From the NCBI GenBank assembly GCA_030141605.1, contig JAQGDQ010001886.1, positions 1 to 22,332 of the forward strand: a DNA stretch of 22,332 nt, in the 5' to 3' direction. Shown here in pieces: positions 1 through 10,120 of this stretch. The translations under genes and the position numbers were made by a program. The stretch's first letter is position 1. Every line of letters begins with the position of its first letter. This DNA is from Tubiluchus corallicola (taxonomy: Eukaryota > Animalia > Priapulida). The notes beneath the pieces are model-generated. The model was not told the origin of the DNA. It worked only from the letters and a program-made list of their open reading frames with translations, and made no database searches.

Positions 1-1157
1 ATCTATTTTGACTTTCTAACTGGTAACTCTAAACAAATGCATCTATTTTGACTTTCTAACTGGTAACTCTAAACAAATGCATCTATTTTGACTTTCTAAC
101 TGGTAACTCTAAACAAATGCATCTATTTTGACTTTCTAACTGGTAACTCTAAACAAATGCATCTATTTTGACTTTCTAACTGGTAACTCTAAACAAATGC
201 ATCTATTTTGACTTTCTAACTGGTAACTCTAAACAAATGCATCTATTTTGACTTTCTAACTGGTAACTCTAAACAAATGCATCTATTTTGACTTTCTAAC
301 TGGTAACTCTAAACAAATGCATCTATTTTGACTTTCTAACTGGTAACTCTAAACAAATGCATCTATTTTGACTTTCTAACTGGTAACTCTAAACAAATGC
401 ATCTATTTTGACTTTCTAACTGGTAACTCTAAACAAATGCATCCATTTTGACTTTCTAACTGGTAACTCTAAACAAATGCATCCATTTTGACTTTCTAAC
501 TGGTAACTCTAAACAAATGCATCTATTTTGACTTTCCAACTGGTAACTCTAAACAAAGGCATCTATTTTGACTTTCTAACTGGTAACTCTAAACAAAGGC
601 ATCTATTTTGACTTTCTAACTGGTAACTCTAAACAAATGCATCTATTTTGACTTTCTAACTGGTAACTCTAAACAAATGCATCTATTTTGACTTTCTAAC
701 TGGTAACTCTAAACAAATGCATCTATTTTGACTTTCTAACTGGTAACTCTAAACAAATGCATCTATTTTGACTTTCTAACTGGTAACTCTAAACAAATGC
801 ATCTATTTTGACTTTCTAACTGGTAACTCTAAACAAATGCATCTATTTTGACTTTCTAACTGGTAACTCTAAACAAATGCATCTATTTTGACTTTCTAAC
901 TGGTAACTCTAAACAAATGCATCTATTTTGACTTTCTAACTGGTAACTCTAAACAAATGCATCTATTTTGACTTTCTAACTGGTAACTCTAAACAAATGC
1001 ATCCATTTTGACTTTCTAACTGGTAACTCTAAACAAATGCATCCATTTTGACTTTCTAACTGGTAACTCTAAACAAATGCATCCATTTTGACTTTCTAAC
1101 TGATAACTCTAAACAGATGCATCCATTTTGACTTTCTAACTGGTAACTCTAAACAAA
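1..1157. repeat. 40-bp tandem minisatellite, ~29 copies, truncated by the window start
   Basis: Unit ATCTATTTTGACTTTCTAACTGGTAACTCTAAACAAATGC repeated head to tail with no spacers and only a few point variants (ATCC, AAAGGC). Confidence 0.98.
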
Positions 1158-1511
1158 TTTGAGGGAAAGGCTTTTAGAACTTTCGAAGTTTTATTATTTA
1201 ATAATAAAAGTCATAATTATACTTTCAAAAGTTACTCATGGTTTTAAATATCAGGTCTAGCTTTGAGATTTTGTGTCACTTAGGCCTACGTGCTGTTTTA
1301 TTGTATACAGAGTTTGTGTCAGCAGCAACGATGTATAAAACTTGTAAATTTAAACTCCCGCGATGTCCGTTAGGTGCAGCCATTTTAACATTTGAAACAG
1401 TCGGCCATTTTAAACAATTTTCGATATTTTTTATTTCAAGCACTTAAAAACATTTATTGTTAAAGCACCACAGCTTTATTAAAACTTTTAATTTACATAG
1501 TTAAAAAATCA

Positions 1512-1555
1512 TATCAAACGGTTCGACAAAGCTACTGCTGTCGTCATCAGTGGTC
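1512..1555 (-). ncRNA. Degenerate hammerhead ribozyme motif (GAAA core changed to GAAC)
   Basis: Minus strand reads GACCA-CUGAUGA-C-GACAG-CAGUAGCU-UUGUC-GAAC-CGUU-UGAUA. Confidence 0.55.
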
Positions 1556-1757
1556 AATTTTTACAAACATACAACCAGTTTTTTTTTAGTCAGAGTTTAC
1601 AGTATAAAACATTATGCACTGATTATGTATTGAACAGAAGTCAAAATAAGTCTGTTTATTCATTACCTATTTAGCTTCTGTTAAATACATAATTAATGCA
1701 TATTGTTCTATACTGTAGGCTCTGCCTATGTAAACTGGTTGTATATTTGTAGAAATT

Positions 1758-1801
1758 TACCACTGATGATGACAGCAGTAGCTCTGTCGAAACGTTTGAT
1801 A
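1758..1801 (+). ncRNA. Minimal type I hammerhead ribozyme motif (PLE type)
   Basis: CUGAUGA 1763-1769, extra U, stem II GACAG/CUGUC (1771-75/1784-88), GAAA 1789-92, palindromic AACGUU helix III with GUU cleavage triplet, stem I UACCA/UGAUA (4 of 5 pairs). Confidence 0.7.
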
Positions 1802-2667
1802 TGATTTTCTAACTATGTGAATAGTTTAAATAACATTATGTAAGGTTTGAAAAAATAATAAGAGCGCCCTCGAAGCACACTCTCTGTTAACTATGCAAAA
1901 GTATAAATTGCTTTATGTTGTCAATGAGGTCGACAATGTTCTTTTTGGTGAGTCATTGGTGAACAGTGGGATGCATGGCGATTCGGTAACGCTTTGCCAT
2001 TCAGTTACATCATTATATGTGTTTTTCGATTACGTAAGTCTTGCAAGCAGCTAAGCGTGATGTTAAGTAATACAATTTCGTTTGGAAAGTTTTTTGGTGT
2101 ATGCTTTAAAACTCTTTTTCTTACCCTTTAAAATTGAACACTTAACTTTCCACAGAAGATGGAGCCACATTCCAGTGTGGCAAGTATTGAATTTTATACA
2201 GATTACTGTTTCTTCACCTCAGTAATTGTAGCAAATCAATATGTTCCTCGCCCAAATATACAGAACATATACAAAAGTTCTTTGAGAATCTTACACTAAC
2301 CACCAGGTGACACGTCGAGGCCAAATAATTACTTATTTAAGATATTATATTTTGTTTTATATTTTAGAATAACATTTTGAAGCTGATGGAGCTTGATAGG
2401 GTGGACGCGAAGAAAACAAAAAAATGGGTTTGACATGAAAAATGCCAAATTTTATAAAAAAAAGTAATATTGTAACTAAACAAGAGACAGTTTTGCTCTT
2501 TAATTTCTCGATAGATGGCAGTCCAGGCAGTTTTTCCGGTCGGCGAAACCAACAAGTGATCGTTAGCTGATCGTTAGTTTGACTGCCTTCAAATCGATAA
2601 CCAAGCTCTGATTTTTCAAAATGAATAATCGATCACAAACTGATCATTGATTTGTTTAGTTTCACCA

Positions 2668-2915
2668 GACGGTTTAGTCTGGTGGTAATTCGTCTGCTTT
2701 CCGTCTGGGAGGTCGTGAGTTCGAACCAGCGGCCGGGTCATACCAAAGACTTTAAAAATGGTGCCTGCTGTTTCCCTGCCTGACGCGTGGTATTTAGGGT
2801 AAAAGTGGGGTAATAATAGTCTCTGTTATGTAGTTGTAGGTTGTTATTTACAGTCGGCGATAATAGCTCTTTGAGCTAATGTTAATTGTTGACCCAAAAG
2901 CCGACTTTAAATAAA

Positions 2916-2948
<33 letters not shown>

Positions 2949-2995
2949 CATCATTATTATTATTATCATTTATTATTATTATTATTATTATTATT
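2668..2995 (+). mobile_element. tRNA-derived SINE, apparently full length (Meta-domain-like core, LINE-like tail, (ATT)n end)
   Basis: A box TAGTCTGGTGG (2675), B box GTTCGAACC (2719), core GGGTCATACCAAAGACTTTAAAAATGGTGCCTGCTG...CCCTGC, tail ...CCGACTTTAAATAAA followed by (ATT)n 2916-2995. MetaSINE label is from memory of the core and is unverified. Confidence 0.75.
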
Positions 2996-3087
2996 GTTCA
3001 AATTGCTCATAAACGCGAATGAACTCCAACCATGAAATTTATGAAATCGTACTTGCCAAAACAGAAAAAGTAAAAAACTCGACGAAG

Positions 3088-3148
3088 CTTAGATTTGAAC
3101 TAGGAGCTTTTAGATTATAAGTAGGCTGCCACGACCATTAGCCCACAC
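3088..3148 (-). mobile_element. Degenerate tRNA-derived (SINE head) fragment
   Basis: Minus strand has A-box-like GGCTAATGGT and B-box-like AGTTCAAATC at tRNA spacing; no proper cloverleaf. Confidence 0.4.
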
Positions 3149-4645
3149 AGTCTTCTGTGAGCAGTAAATGCTTTAACTCAGTTCTCAACCAGCTTTTTAT
3201 TTACTGACAATGCCTACTAGCCGAATTTATTAATGTTTTTCATCAATTTGGAGAGAAGTTGTTAATTCAATTGCGTTTTATATGCCTTTATTGCCGTTAA
3301 AGTGTCTCACACCAGCGCCATCTCCTGATCCCTGTTACAGACGTGGCGTCACTTTAAAGCAAAATCGGACCCAATCTTAAACTGTAGGTCAAAACAATCT
3401 ACTCTTTAAAATATTGAAAGGAAATACTATTTTTTCAAGAATGACTTACGTGAAAGAATTATTACCACATAAACAAAATTTCACGTTCACGCTACTAGTT
3501 AATCGCTGTTACATTTCGCCATTCGCTAGTTAGACGGGCACAGCGCCTGCAATTCGGAAACGCATTGCTCAAAAATAGGTGCTGTATCACTCAGTTCAGC
3601 TGTGTTAGCTTGTGACGAACTACACACGTTCCACAGCTCATGCGTGAGCATAACTGGTAAATTTAAAATTTGAATTTTTATCTTAAAATTTGCCTAGTTT
3701 TAGTACAAGACACTGAAAATCTTACAGTAGCACTGTAGTTCAATTTTTGTTTTCGCAAACACGTGCAACACACTCGTGGAATATTTTTGTTGTTGAAAAT
3801 AATGTTAGTTTGTGATGTCATCAATATTTAGGCTCGCCCGCTGTTAATTAAGTTTTTTATCTATTATTTAATTACCAGAAACGCTTTTGTGGTATTATTG
3901 CTATTAAAATGAATGCTTTTTATCGGACTTTAAAATGGGGTCGTATGTGAAAAATCATCTGTCTTCCTTTAAAGGAAAATACCACAATTTTTACACATAT
4001 TGCGTGGTTAATTAACCTATTTTATACGTCGAGAAAACAAAGTTTGACCTCACAGAAAGGTGTGATCATCACACATGACGGATGCGCCGTAAATCACTTA
4101 AGATGATAAGATAAACGAATCACACGGGAGCATAAATGATGTGGAGATTAAACATGCCAGAAATTTATTATACAACAAATACTGGCGAACTTTGCCAAAT
4201 TACTTGTTTACATGCGTATCGTAAAAATATAAACTAGTCAAACATTGTACAGCTGGAAAGGCACAGATTATTACATACATCCATGACCGAAAGTTATTTC
4301 TGTGAACTGTAAGAATTTTTGTTGGACTAACACGACGAGGAAATGTTTGATCCGGAATCTTCTCTATAACGTTCACGTGTTCATCTGTAAGACAAGTAAG
4401 CATGTTTTCACATTGTGGGAAGAAACCATGCCATAATACATACTATGAAACGTGTTCATGTAGAATGATTTACTGGTTGTGCAGAAAAAAACAACCAAAT
4501 CCGATGCTAGTCTCAGATTGTTTGATATTTTGTTTATGTTTTCCAAGCCATTATTTTAAGCCTGCACTTCTAAACTATATCCAATTTCATGTTTATCTGA
4601 AATTGTTGTTTGACTGACTCAACTTATTTAATGCACAAGAAAAGG

Positions 4646-4726
4646 GGTTTGGTGTAGTGGTAAAGCTCCTTTTTCCGTCTGGGAAGTTGTGAGTTCGATA
4701 CAGCGGCTGGGTCATAGCAATGACTT
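4646..4726 (+). mobile_element. Truncated copy (tRNA-related head only) of the SINE at 2668
   Basis: Aligns with 2671-2752: TTTCCGTCTGGGA, GTGAGTTCGA, CAGCGGC(C/T)GGGTCATA. Confidence 0.75.
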
Positions 4727-4891
4727 ACGTTTGGCATAAGATAAATTACAGTGCTATTTAGAAAGTCGTCCATTTTCTTTGTTATTTTTGTGTTTTTTTT
4801 ATTGTGGGAATTGTCCCTACAAAGAACATTGTTATTGCGCGCCAAAGACCTTCATTCTGTAGACAGTGGTATCCCGTTTTGCGGTGAGCAT

Positions 4892-5293
4892 TAAGGGTGA
4901 GCATTGCGTGTTCGAACTCGATTCGAACGAATTTTTTTTAGTTCGCACTCGATTCGAACCTAAAATTATAAATTCGAATAATTCAGCACTTCAACCACAT
5001 ACGTTCTTTATCATTGCAACAATTGAATCATCAATGCAATTAGCATAATTTAGCTGTGATTTCTGTGCACAAATTTTAAACAAATTATCAGTGGTTTTAC
5101 TGCAGAACAAAATTGAGTAATATGCACGATCTTTGTGAGAGTAATTTTTACTGGTGGTTCGAAAACTTGTTCGAAAAACTTTCAATCTCAATTCGAATTC
5201 GAAACACTAAATTTCACTTCGATTCGAATTCGAAAGTCACAAATTCGATTCGATTCGATTCGATTCGCTAGTGGTTGAGAATGATCTCCCTTA
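4892..5293. mobile_element. hAT-type MITE, 402 bp
   Basis: TIRs TAAGGGTGAGCATT / AATGATCTCCCTTA (12/14), exact 8-bp TSD GTGAGCAT at 4884-4891 and 5294-5301, subterminal TTCGA(A/T) clusters at both ends. Confidence 0.8.
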
Positions 5294-6230
5294 GTGAGCA
5301 TTGTCTGCAGGCTTGTACGCTTGCACTGATGTACAATATAAGTTACGTAAAAGCCCCGATTGTTAATTTCAAAACAAAGAACTGAAACAGAATTTACGAA
5401 GCCGAGGCTCATCGTTGACTTAGATCACTACAAACTGTAAGAAAGGCACTCGTTAGGAAAGTTTCTAGCCACAGAAAAATGACGCCTATCACAGTTTACC
5501 CCTAAACAGGGCCAGTTTTAAGCCTATTTGACAGATTTCTTCAAATTGGGGCCTTGCGCCACACGCTCAAGCGGAAGACGCTATGATAAATTAATGTTTC
5601 CGGTCAGCCCGGAGTCTCTTGATACTGTGAAACTATTTAGTCTGATAACGTATATCTGCGTTTCAATATATATATATATATATATATATAATAATCTTTA
5701 TTTGCCATTAAAATACATTGATAATCACTGATAAAAACTTTACAGAGATGATCAATCAGTGTTAGTTAATAAAAACTTACACTGCTAAAGGCAAATGCGT
5801 CAGTGCAATCTAAACTACTGTGTAGTAATGGAAAGTAACGACGAATAAAATCAAACATATTTACAACTAAGCACAAAAAATGAAAAACTATGATTTAATT
5901 AATATTGCCGTGGATATATGAATTCTGAATTAGTGTGCATGTTGTCGTACTGGCGTGATGGTATTTCATATCTGGTTAATATTAGTGATTTTAATTTTGT
6001 TTTAAATGCTGATAGGGACTGCTTCCTATGTTTGCTACAAATGCTTCAATGTTTTTTACTGATCGCGTTTGTTTCTTTGTTTTGTAATTTCAGTTTATCG
6101 CCCGTGGCCCTAAAATAGCCCGTCTGTATTCAAAGATCTTTCAGGTATTTAGAACTTTAAAGTCTAATTCCTAACAGTTTGACGTTAAAAATTATTGCCC
6201 AGCATTCGCATGCGACGCCATTACACCTTC

Positions 6231-6265
6231 TAATCTATTATTAGTCTCATAAATGGGCTATAAAA
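6231..6265 (+). promoter_or_regulatory. Candidate promoter elements: TAATCTATTA homeodomain-dimer site and TATAAAA box
   Basis: TAAT-NN-ATTA at 6231-6240 and TATAAAA at 6259-6265, ~700 bp upstream of the ATG. TSS not known. Confidence 0.3.
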
Positions 6266-6508
6266 CACCTAATGCACAAGGTGTGCTGATAAAGCATCGA
6301 AATTGGAGAAATAATGTATTTGCACAGTGATAACCCGCGAGGACAACAATTATTAACTACCTTAATAATATGTTTAATCACATTATAGATACATAAAGTT
6401 GTCTGAATGTTGAGCAGGAACACTGTCTTTGTGCTGTTTGTTGCATAAAGTGATCACATGAGGGCACGGGCATACAGAACGGAATAGACTTTCTCACTGC
6501 AGAAGGAA

Positions 6509-6820
6509 GAGAACTCCAAAGAGGACTTCAAGAGGACTTCAATGAGGACTCCAATGAGGACTTCAATAGGACTTCAATGAGGACTCCAAAGACGACTTCA
6601 ATAAGACTTCTATGAGGTCTCCAAAGAGGACTCCAAAGAGGACTTCAATAAGACTTCAATAAGGACTCCAAAGAGGACTCCAGAGAGGACTTTAATAGGA
6701 CTTCAATGAGGACTCCAAAGAGGACTTCAATAGGACTTCAATGAGGACTCCAAAGAGGACTTCAATGAGGACTTCAATAGGACTTCAATGAGGACTTCAA
6801 TGAGGACTTCAAGAGGACTT
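6509..6820. repeat. Degenerate 11-12-bp tandem repeat (GAGGACTTCAAT / GAGGACTCCAAA), ~27 units
   Basis: Directly visible mixed-length units ~150 bp upstream of the start codon. Confidence 0.92.
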
Positions 6821-6972
6821 TATTGAACTTGTAAATTATTTAGCTGTGCATCTAATGTCTCTGAGACTGTTTTGGACATCGTGTTTGTGGAGTGTTGCTT
6901 CCTTATTACTCTATCAACATAAATTATTTGTTCAATCTACAATTCACTGCATTTGGCATCTAATATGAGAAA

Positions 6973-7462
6973 ATGGACAGTGTAGAAGAAAAATCTGTAG
7001 ATCAACAAGTGGAGAACATTAATGCTCAGAAAAGTGAGGCTGACAAATGTTCTGACAAAGCAGAACGAAGTGATGAAAACACTGAACAGGCAAACAATGT
7101 GCTAACTCGTTACGTTCCCGCGCCCAGCAGTATTTTCCCTCACGTTCCAGGAACACTCTTTCCTCCATACGTTCCTCCCGGCGTTCCCTTCCCCTTCTTC
7201 CCTCAGTACGGGAACTATTACTGGAACCTGATGAACATGACGGCAATGAATACGTTGTTAGAACGGGACATGAGCAGACGATTCAATGTGCCAAATAAGA
7301 GACTTTTTCAAGATAATTACTCACCTAAACCTGTGATGTTGTCAGGCAGTTGTGGAGATGCTGCTGCAGGAGCAGAAATTGAAGACATTGTCAAGAAACC
7401 AGGAAAAGAATCACTTCTGAGCAATTGTCTGGGTCACGTGCACTGTGACCTTGGCAACCCTG
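6973..7462 (+). CDS. Isx: ISX-like PRD-class homeobox gene, coding exon 1 (acidic then Pro/aromatic-rich N-terminus)
   Basis: ATG in AAAATGG context, non-repetitive 163-codon ORF, donor G|GTACGT at 7463 in phase 1 matching exon 2. Confidence 0.75.
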
Positions 7463-7543
7463 GTACGTTTTTTTTATTAATTGAGGTAATTGCGGCAATT
7501 TTTTGCGTTTTCTCTGGACTGCAGTTTAATTAATGGGTGATTA

Positions 7544-7820
7544 AAGCTGATTAATAGATAGAATATCAGTACAACCGTCAAGCTGATTAATGGGTAGAAT
7601 ATCAGTACAATTGTCAAGCTGATTAGTGGATAGAATATCAGTACAACCGTCAAGCTGATTAATGGGTAGAATATCAGTACAATTGACAAGCTGATTAATG
7701 GGTAGAATATCAGTACAACCGTCAAGCTGATTAATGGGTAGAATATCAGTACAATTGACAAGCTGATTAATGGGTAGAATATCAGTACAATTGTCAAACT
7801 GATTAACAGGTGGAGCATCA
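7544..7820. repeat. 36-bp tandem repeat in intron 1, 7 copies plus a degenerate 8th, largely alternating variants
   Basis: Unit AAGCTGATTAATGGGTAGAATATCAGTACAA(CCGTC/TTGTC/TTGAC). Confidence 0.95.
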
Positions 7821-7997
7821 ACTATTGAACATGAACATGAACGTTATCAGCGCATGCGCGACTAAGCTGATTTTGGATTAATTACTATAGTCATAAATAT
7901 CTTTATTAGTAACTCCAGTGTGAAGAAACTAACAGAATTCTTAAATAGTTATTGAGTTAGTAGGAGAGAATAGGATTTGTCTCGGCAGCTAGGAAAT

Positions 7998-8067
7998 GTG
8001 TGGTATAATGGTTGAAACGTTTAGGGCAGTAACCCTTTAACCTGTGGTTCGAATCCAGGTCAAGTCC
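7998..8067 (+). mobile_element. tRNA-derived fragment (SINE head or tRNA pseudogene)
   Basis: A box TGGTATAATGG and B box GGTTCGAATCC (8046-8056); acceptor stem does not pair. Confidence 0.5.
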
Positions 8068-8991
8068 AGATTTTCCTCATTTTTTCGTTAAAAATTATAT
8101 AATTACGAGGCTAGGACGTTTGCCAAGTTGCTATAAGCGCACATTAAAAACTCTTGCGCATCTACTGTTTGTTGCGCCCTCTGTTTGACACACTTGCAAC
8201 TAATGCTAATTACACAGGAGCCGTTTTAATTAACAACCTTTTACAGCCTCCATTAAAGAGCACGTTGCTAATCTATTATCACCACCTTGCAGTGTTGGCA
8301 AACAGGGAGACTTAATTGATTCGTGAACTTCAGACCCTCCGCCAAGGGTCATGTTTGTGATGACTACAACAACGCCGTTGTCACCTTTGCCCAACTTTGA
8401 CCAAAACTAAATGGTGATGTAATTTACCAAAGAATACAGTAACGCCAGTAAGAATTTGATCTAAAATAATCATTATTTGTAGTCTGTAAGCGTACTGTTG
8501 GCAACCCTTCCTAGATCTGCCCTCTCGTTTACGATCAGGTAGGTCTACATTAATCAGAGTCTGGTAAGATGGATTTACCTGCATTAGTTGAAGTCTGGTG
8601 CTTAGTTAGACTTGTCTTGCAATATCTCACTGACGCAATGCTGACTCTCTAAGATGCTTATGAGGTTATATTTAGGCAGCATTATAAGTATTAAAATTTT
8701 TAATTAAAAAAGCAAATTTGTTTGGCGTTGTTTCTGCAAAATCTGTGATGTTAAAACTGCTAAACACTTCATTGTGAATTCGTAGGCATTGTTAGTACGT
8801 GTGCTTTGCGTAAGGCTGTTTTGCTTTCACGAAATTAAGGTGAGTATAAAAGAAATTGAGTTGATTTTTCGATTGTTTTGAAACGTCTTTCAACTCTGAA
8901 ATAATTAATTTGAGTTTTAAATTCAACGAACAAACCTAAAATTATTTCGCCGTGCAAAAAGCTGTTCATTCATTCAGCTCAATCGTTTCAG

Positions 8992-9165
8992 AACGTTCCA
9001 GACAGAAGAAAACCAAACTTCCTACTGATCAGAGACACGCCATGAAACAGGACACCTACACGTGCGCTGCGCCAAAAAGAAAGATGGAGGCTACTGTCGA
9101 GACATCTAACGGCAAAATTATGAATGACCAGCCGTTGCCATTATCACAGGAAACCAGTGATGAAG
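8992..9165 (+). CDS. Isx: ISX-like homeobox gene, coding exon 2
   Basis: Acceptor TTTCAG|, donor G|GTATCC, phase 1/1, open frame ERSRQKKTK...PKRKM...SDE with basic NLS-like patches. Confidence 0.7.
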
Positions 9166-9512
9166 GTATCCAAAGTTCAAAGTGTCTATTTACGCTGAAT
9201 TTATAAAATGAATTTTCGGAAAAATATATGGATTTTAATCTTGATATTAAACTAAACACACGCGAATCGATTTCACATTACCCTACAATTCCATTTTAAT
9301 TTAGAATTTGATTAATTTTTATATTATTATTAAGGGATCATATTTATCCTAATAAAGTTCTCCTAATTTTTCCACTTACGGAAATATCTGGCTCAAAATA
9401 AATCACAGATAAAAAAGCGAGTCATATTAGCTAGAACAGTCTACTAAATGATATACAGAATTTGATTACCTAACCTTAAGGGATGCACTTTGGACTGTCT
9501 TGACCACTGAAA

Positions 9513-9582
9513 GGTACGGCGACCTAGTGGTTAAGGAGGCTGCAATGTAAACAGAAAGCTTCTGGTTCAAATCCAGGCTACA
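9513..9582 (+). mobile_element. tRNA-derived fragment (SINE head)
   Basis: A-box-like CCTAGTGGTTAAGG and B box GGTTCAAATCC (9564-9574). Confidence 0.5.
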
Positions 9583-9649
9583 TAACAACTTTTTCACAAT
9601 TCTTGTCTTTCAAGTATGGTATGAAAATTTATTTGACTTGTTGGCTTGT

Positions 9650-9797
9650 GACAGCAACGACAATGACTGCGATGATGAGGGTGAAGACGGCGACGATGGT
9701 GATGATAATGATAAACGATGACCATCATGTCGGCGATGAAGATAATAATAATGATAAGGAAAATGTTCATGATGATGACAATGATGACGACAGTGAC
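9650..9797. repeat. Degenerate (GAT/GAC)n microsatellite upstream of the exon 3 acceptor
   Basis: Clear 3-bp periodicity with one register shift near 9713. Confidence 0.75.
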
Positions 9798-9828
9798 ATT
9801 AGGAAGCTAACGATTTTTTTCGTTGCAG

Positions 9829-9983
9829 TCACGCCTGCCATTAAATCTCGTCGATTGCGTACAACTTTCACCCAATCACAACTGCAGGAACTGGAAATGG
9901 TGTTTTCAAAAACTCACTATCCAGACGTCAGCACTCGAGAAGAACTAGCTAAACAAACCAAGCTTCCAGAAGCACGAGTGCAG
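9829..9983 (+). CDS. Isx: ISX-like homeobox gene, coding exon 3 (homeodomain residues 1-46)
   Basis: [46 protein letters not shown]; branch point GCTAAC, poly-T tract, TTGCAG| acceptor, CAG|GTAATG phase-0 donor. Confidence 0.95.
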
Positions 9984-10120
9984 GTAATGTTAGACTCATG
10001 TCAGTTCACACTAGTGTCTTTGATTTGATTTATTATTTTCAACATAGTATTACAAATTTACACAATGTAACACAAGAGAAAGGGGAGAAGCCACCCACGC
10101 AGAATACTTATAGGTGGCTT

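Larger units (their letters stand above)
1491..1822. mobile_element. Inverted pair of ~91-bp arms carrying hammerhead motifs; Penelope-like element (PLE) pseudo-LTR remnant
   Basis: 1491-1581 is the reverse complement of 1732-1822 with about 8 mismatches and a 150-bp spacer. Each arm holds a CTGATGA...GTCGAA(A/C)CGTT motif, and an AATAAA follows the minus-strand arm. Inverted pLTRs with minimal hammerheads are typical of PLEs. Confidence 0.7.
1158..2131. mobile_element. Degenerate non-autonomous DNA-transposon-like copy (possibly Kolobok-like) of a dispersed family also present at 18720-19010 and 20082-20540; interrupted by the 1491-1822 insertion
   Basis: Block TAAAACTTGTAAATTTAAAC...TTAGGTGCAGCCATTTTAAC (~1335-1389) matches 18860-18913 and 20180-20233. 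Block 1941-2098 matches 20375-20540. Right end is CCCTTTAA. Superfamily assignment and left boundary are inference. Confidence 0.5.

Noticed and set aside
1-1157. CRISPR array
   Set aside because: Units are contiguous and identical with no unique spacers; no cas genes; eukaryotic context. The same applies to the 36- and 51-bp arrays.
7019-7246. Arg/Glu-rich antisense ORF
   Set aside because: Shadow of the Pro/Phe-rich codons of exon 1.
7477-7821. 114-aa hydrophobic ORF on the minus strand
   Set aside because: Translation of the 36-bp minisatellite; no independent support.
7998-8067. Functional tRNA genes here and at 3088, 9513, ~12655 and 18568
   Set aside because: A/B boxes present but acceptor and anticodon stems do not pair; better explained as SINE heads or pseudogenes.
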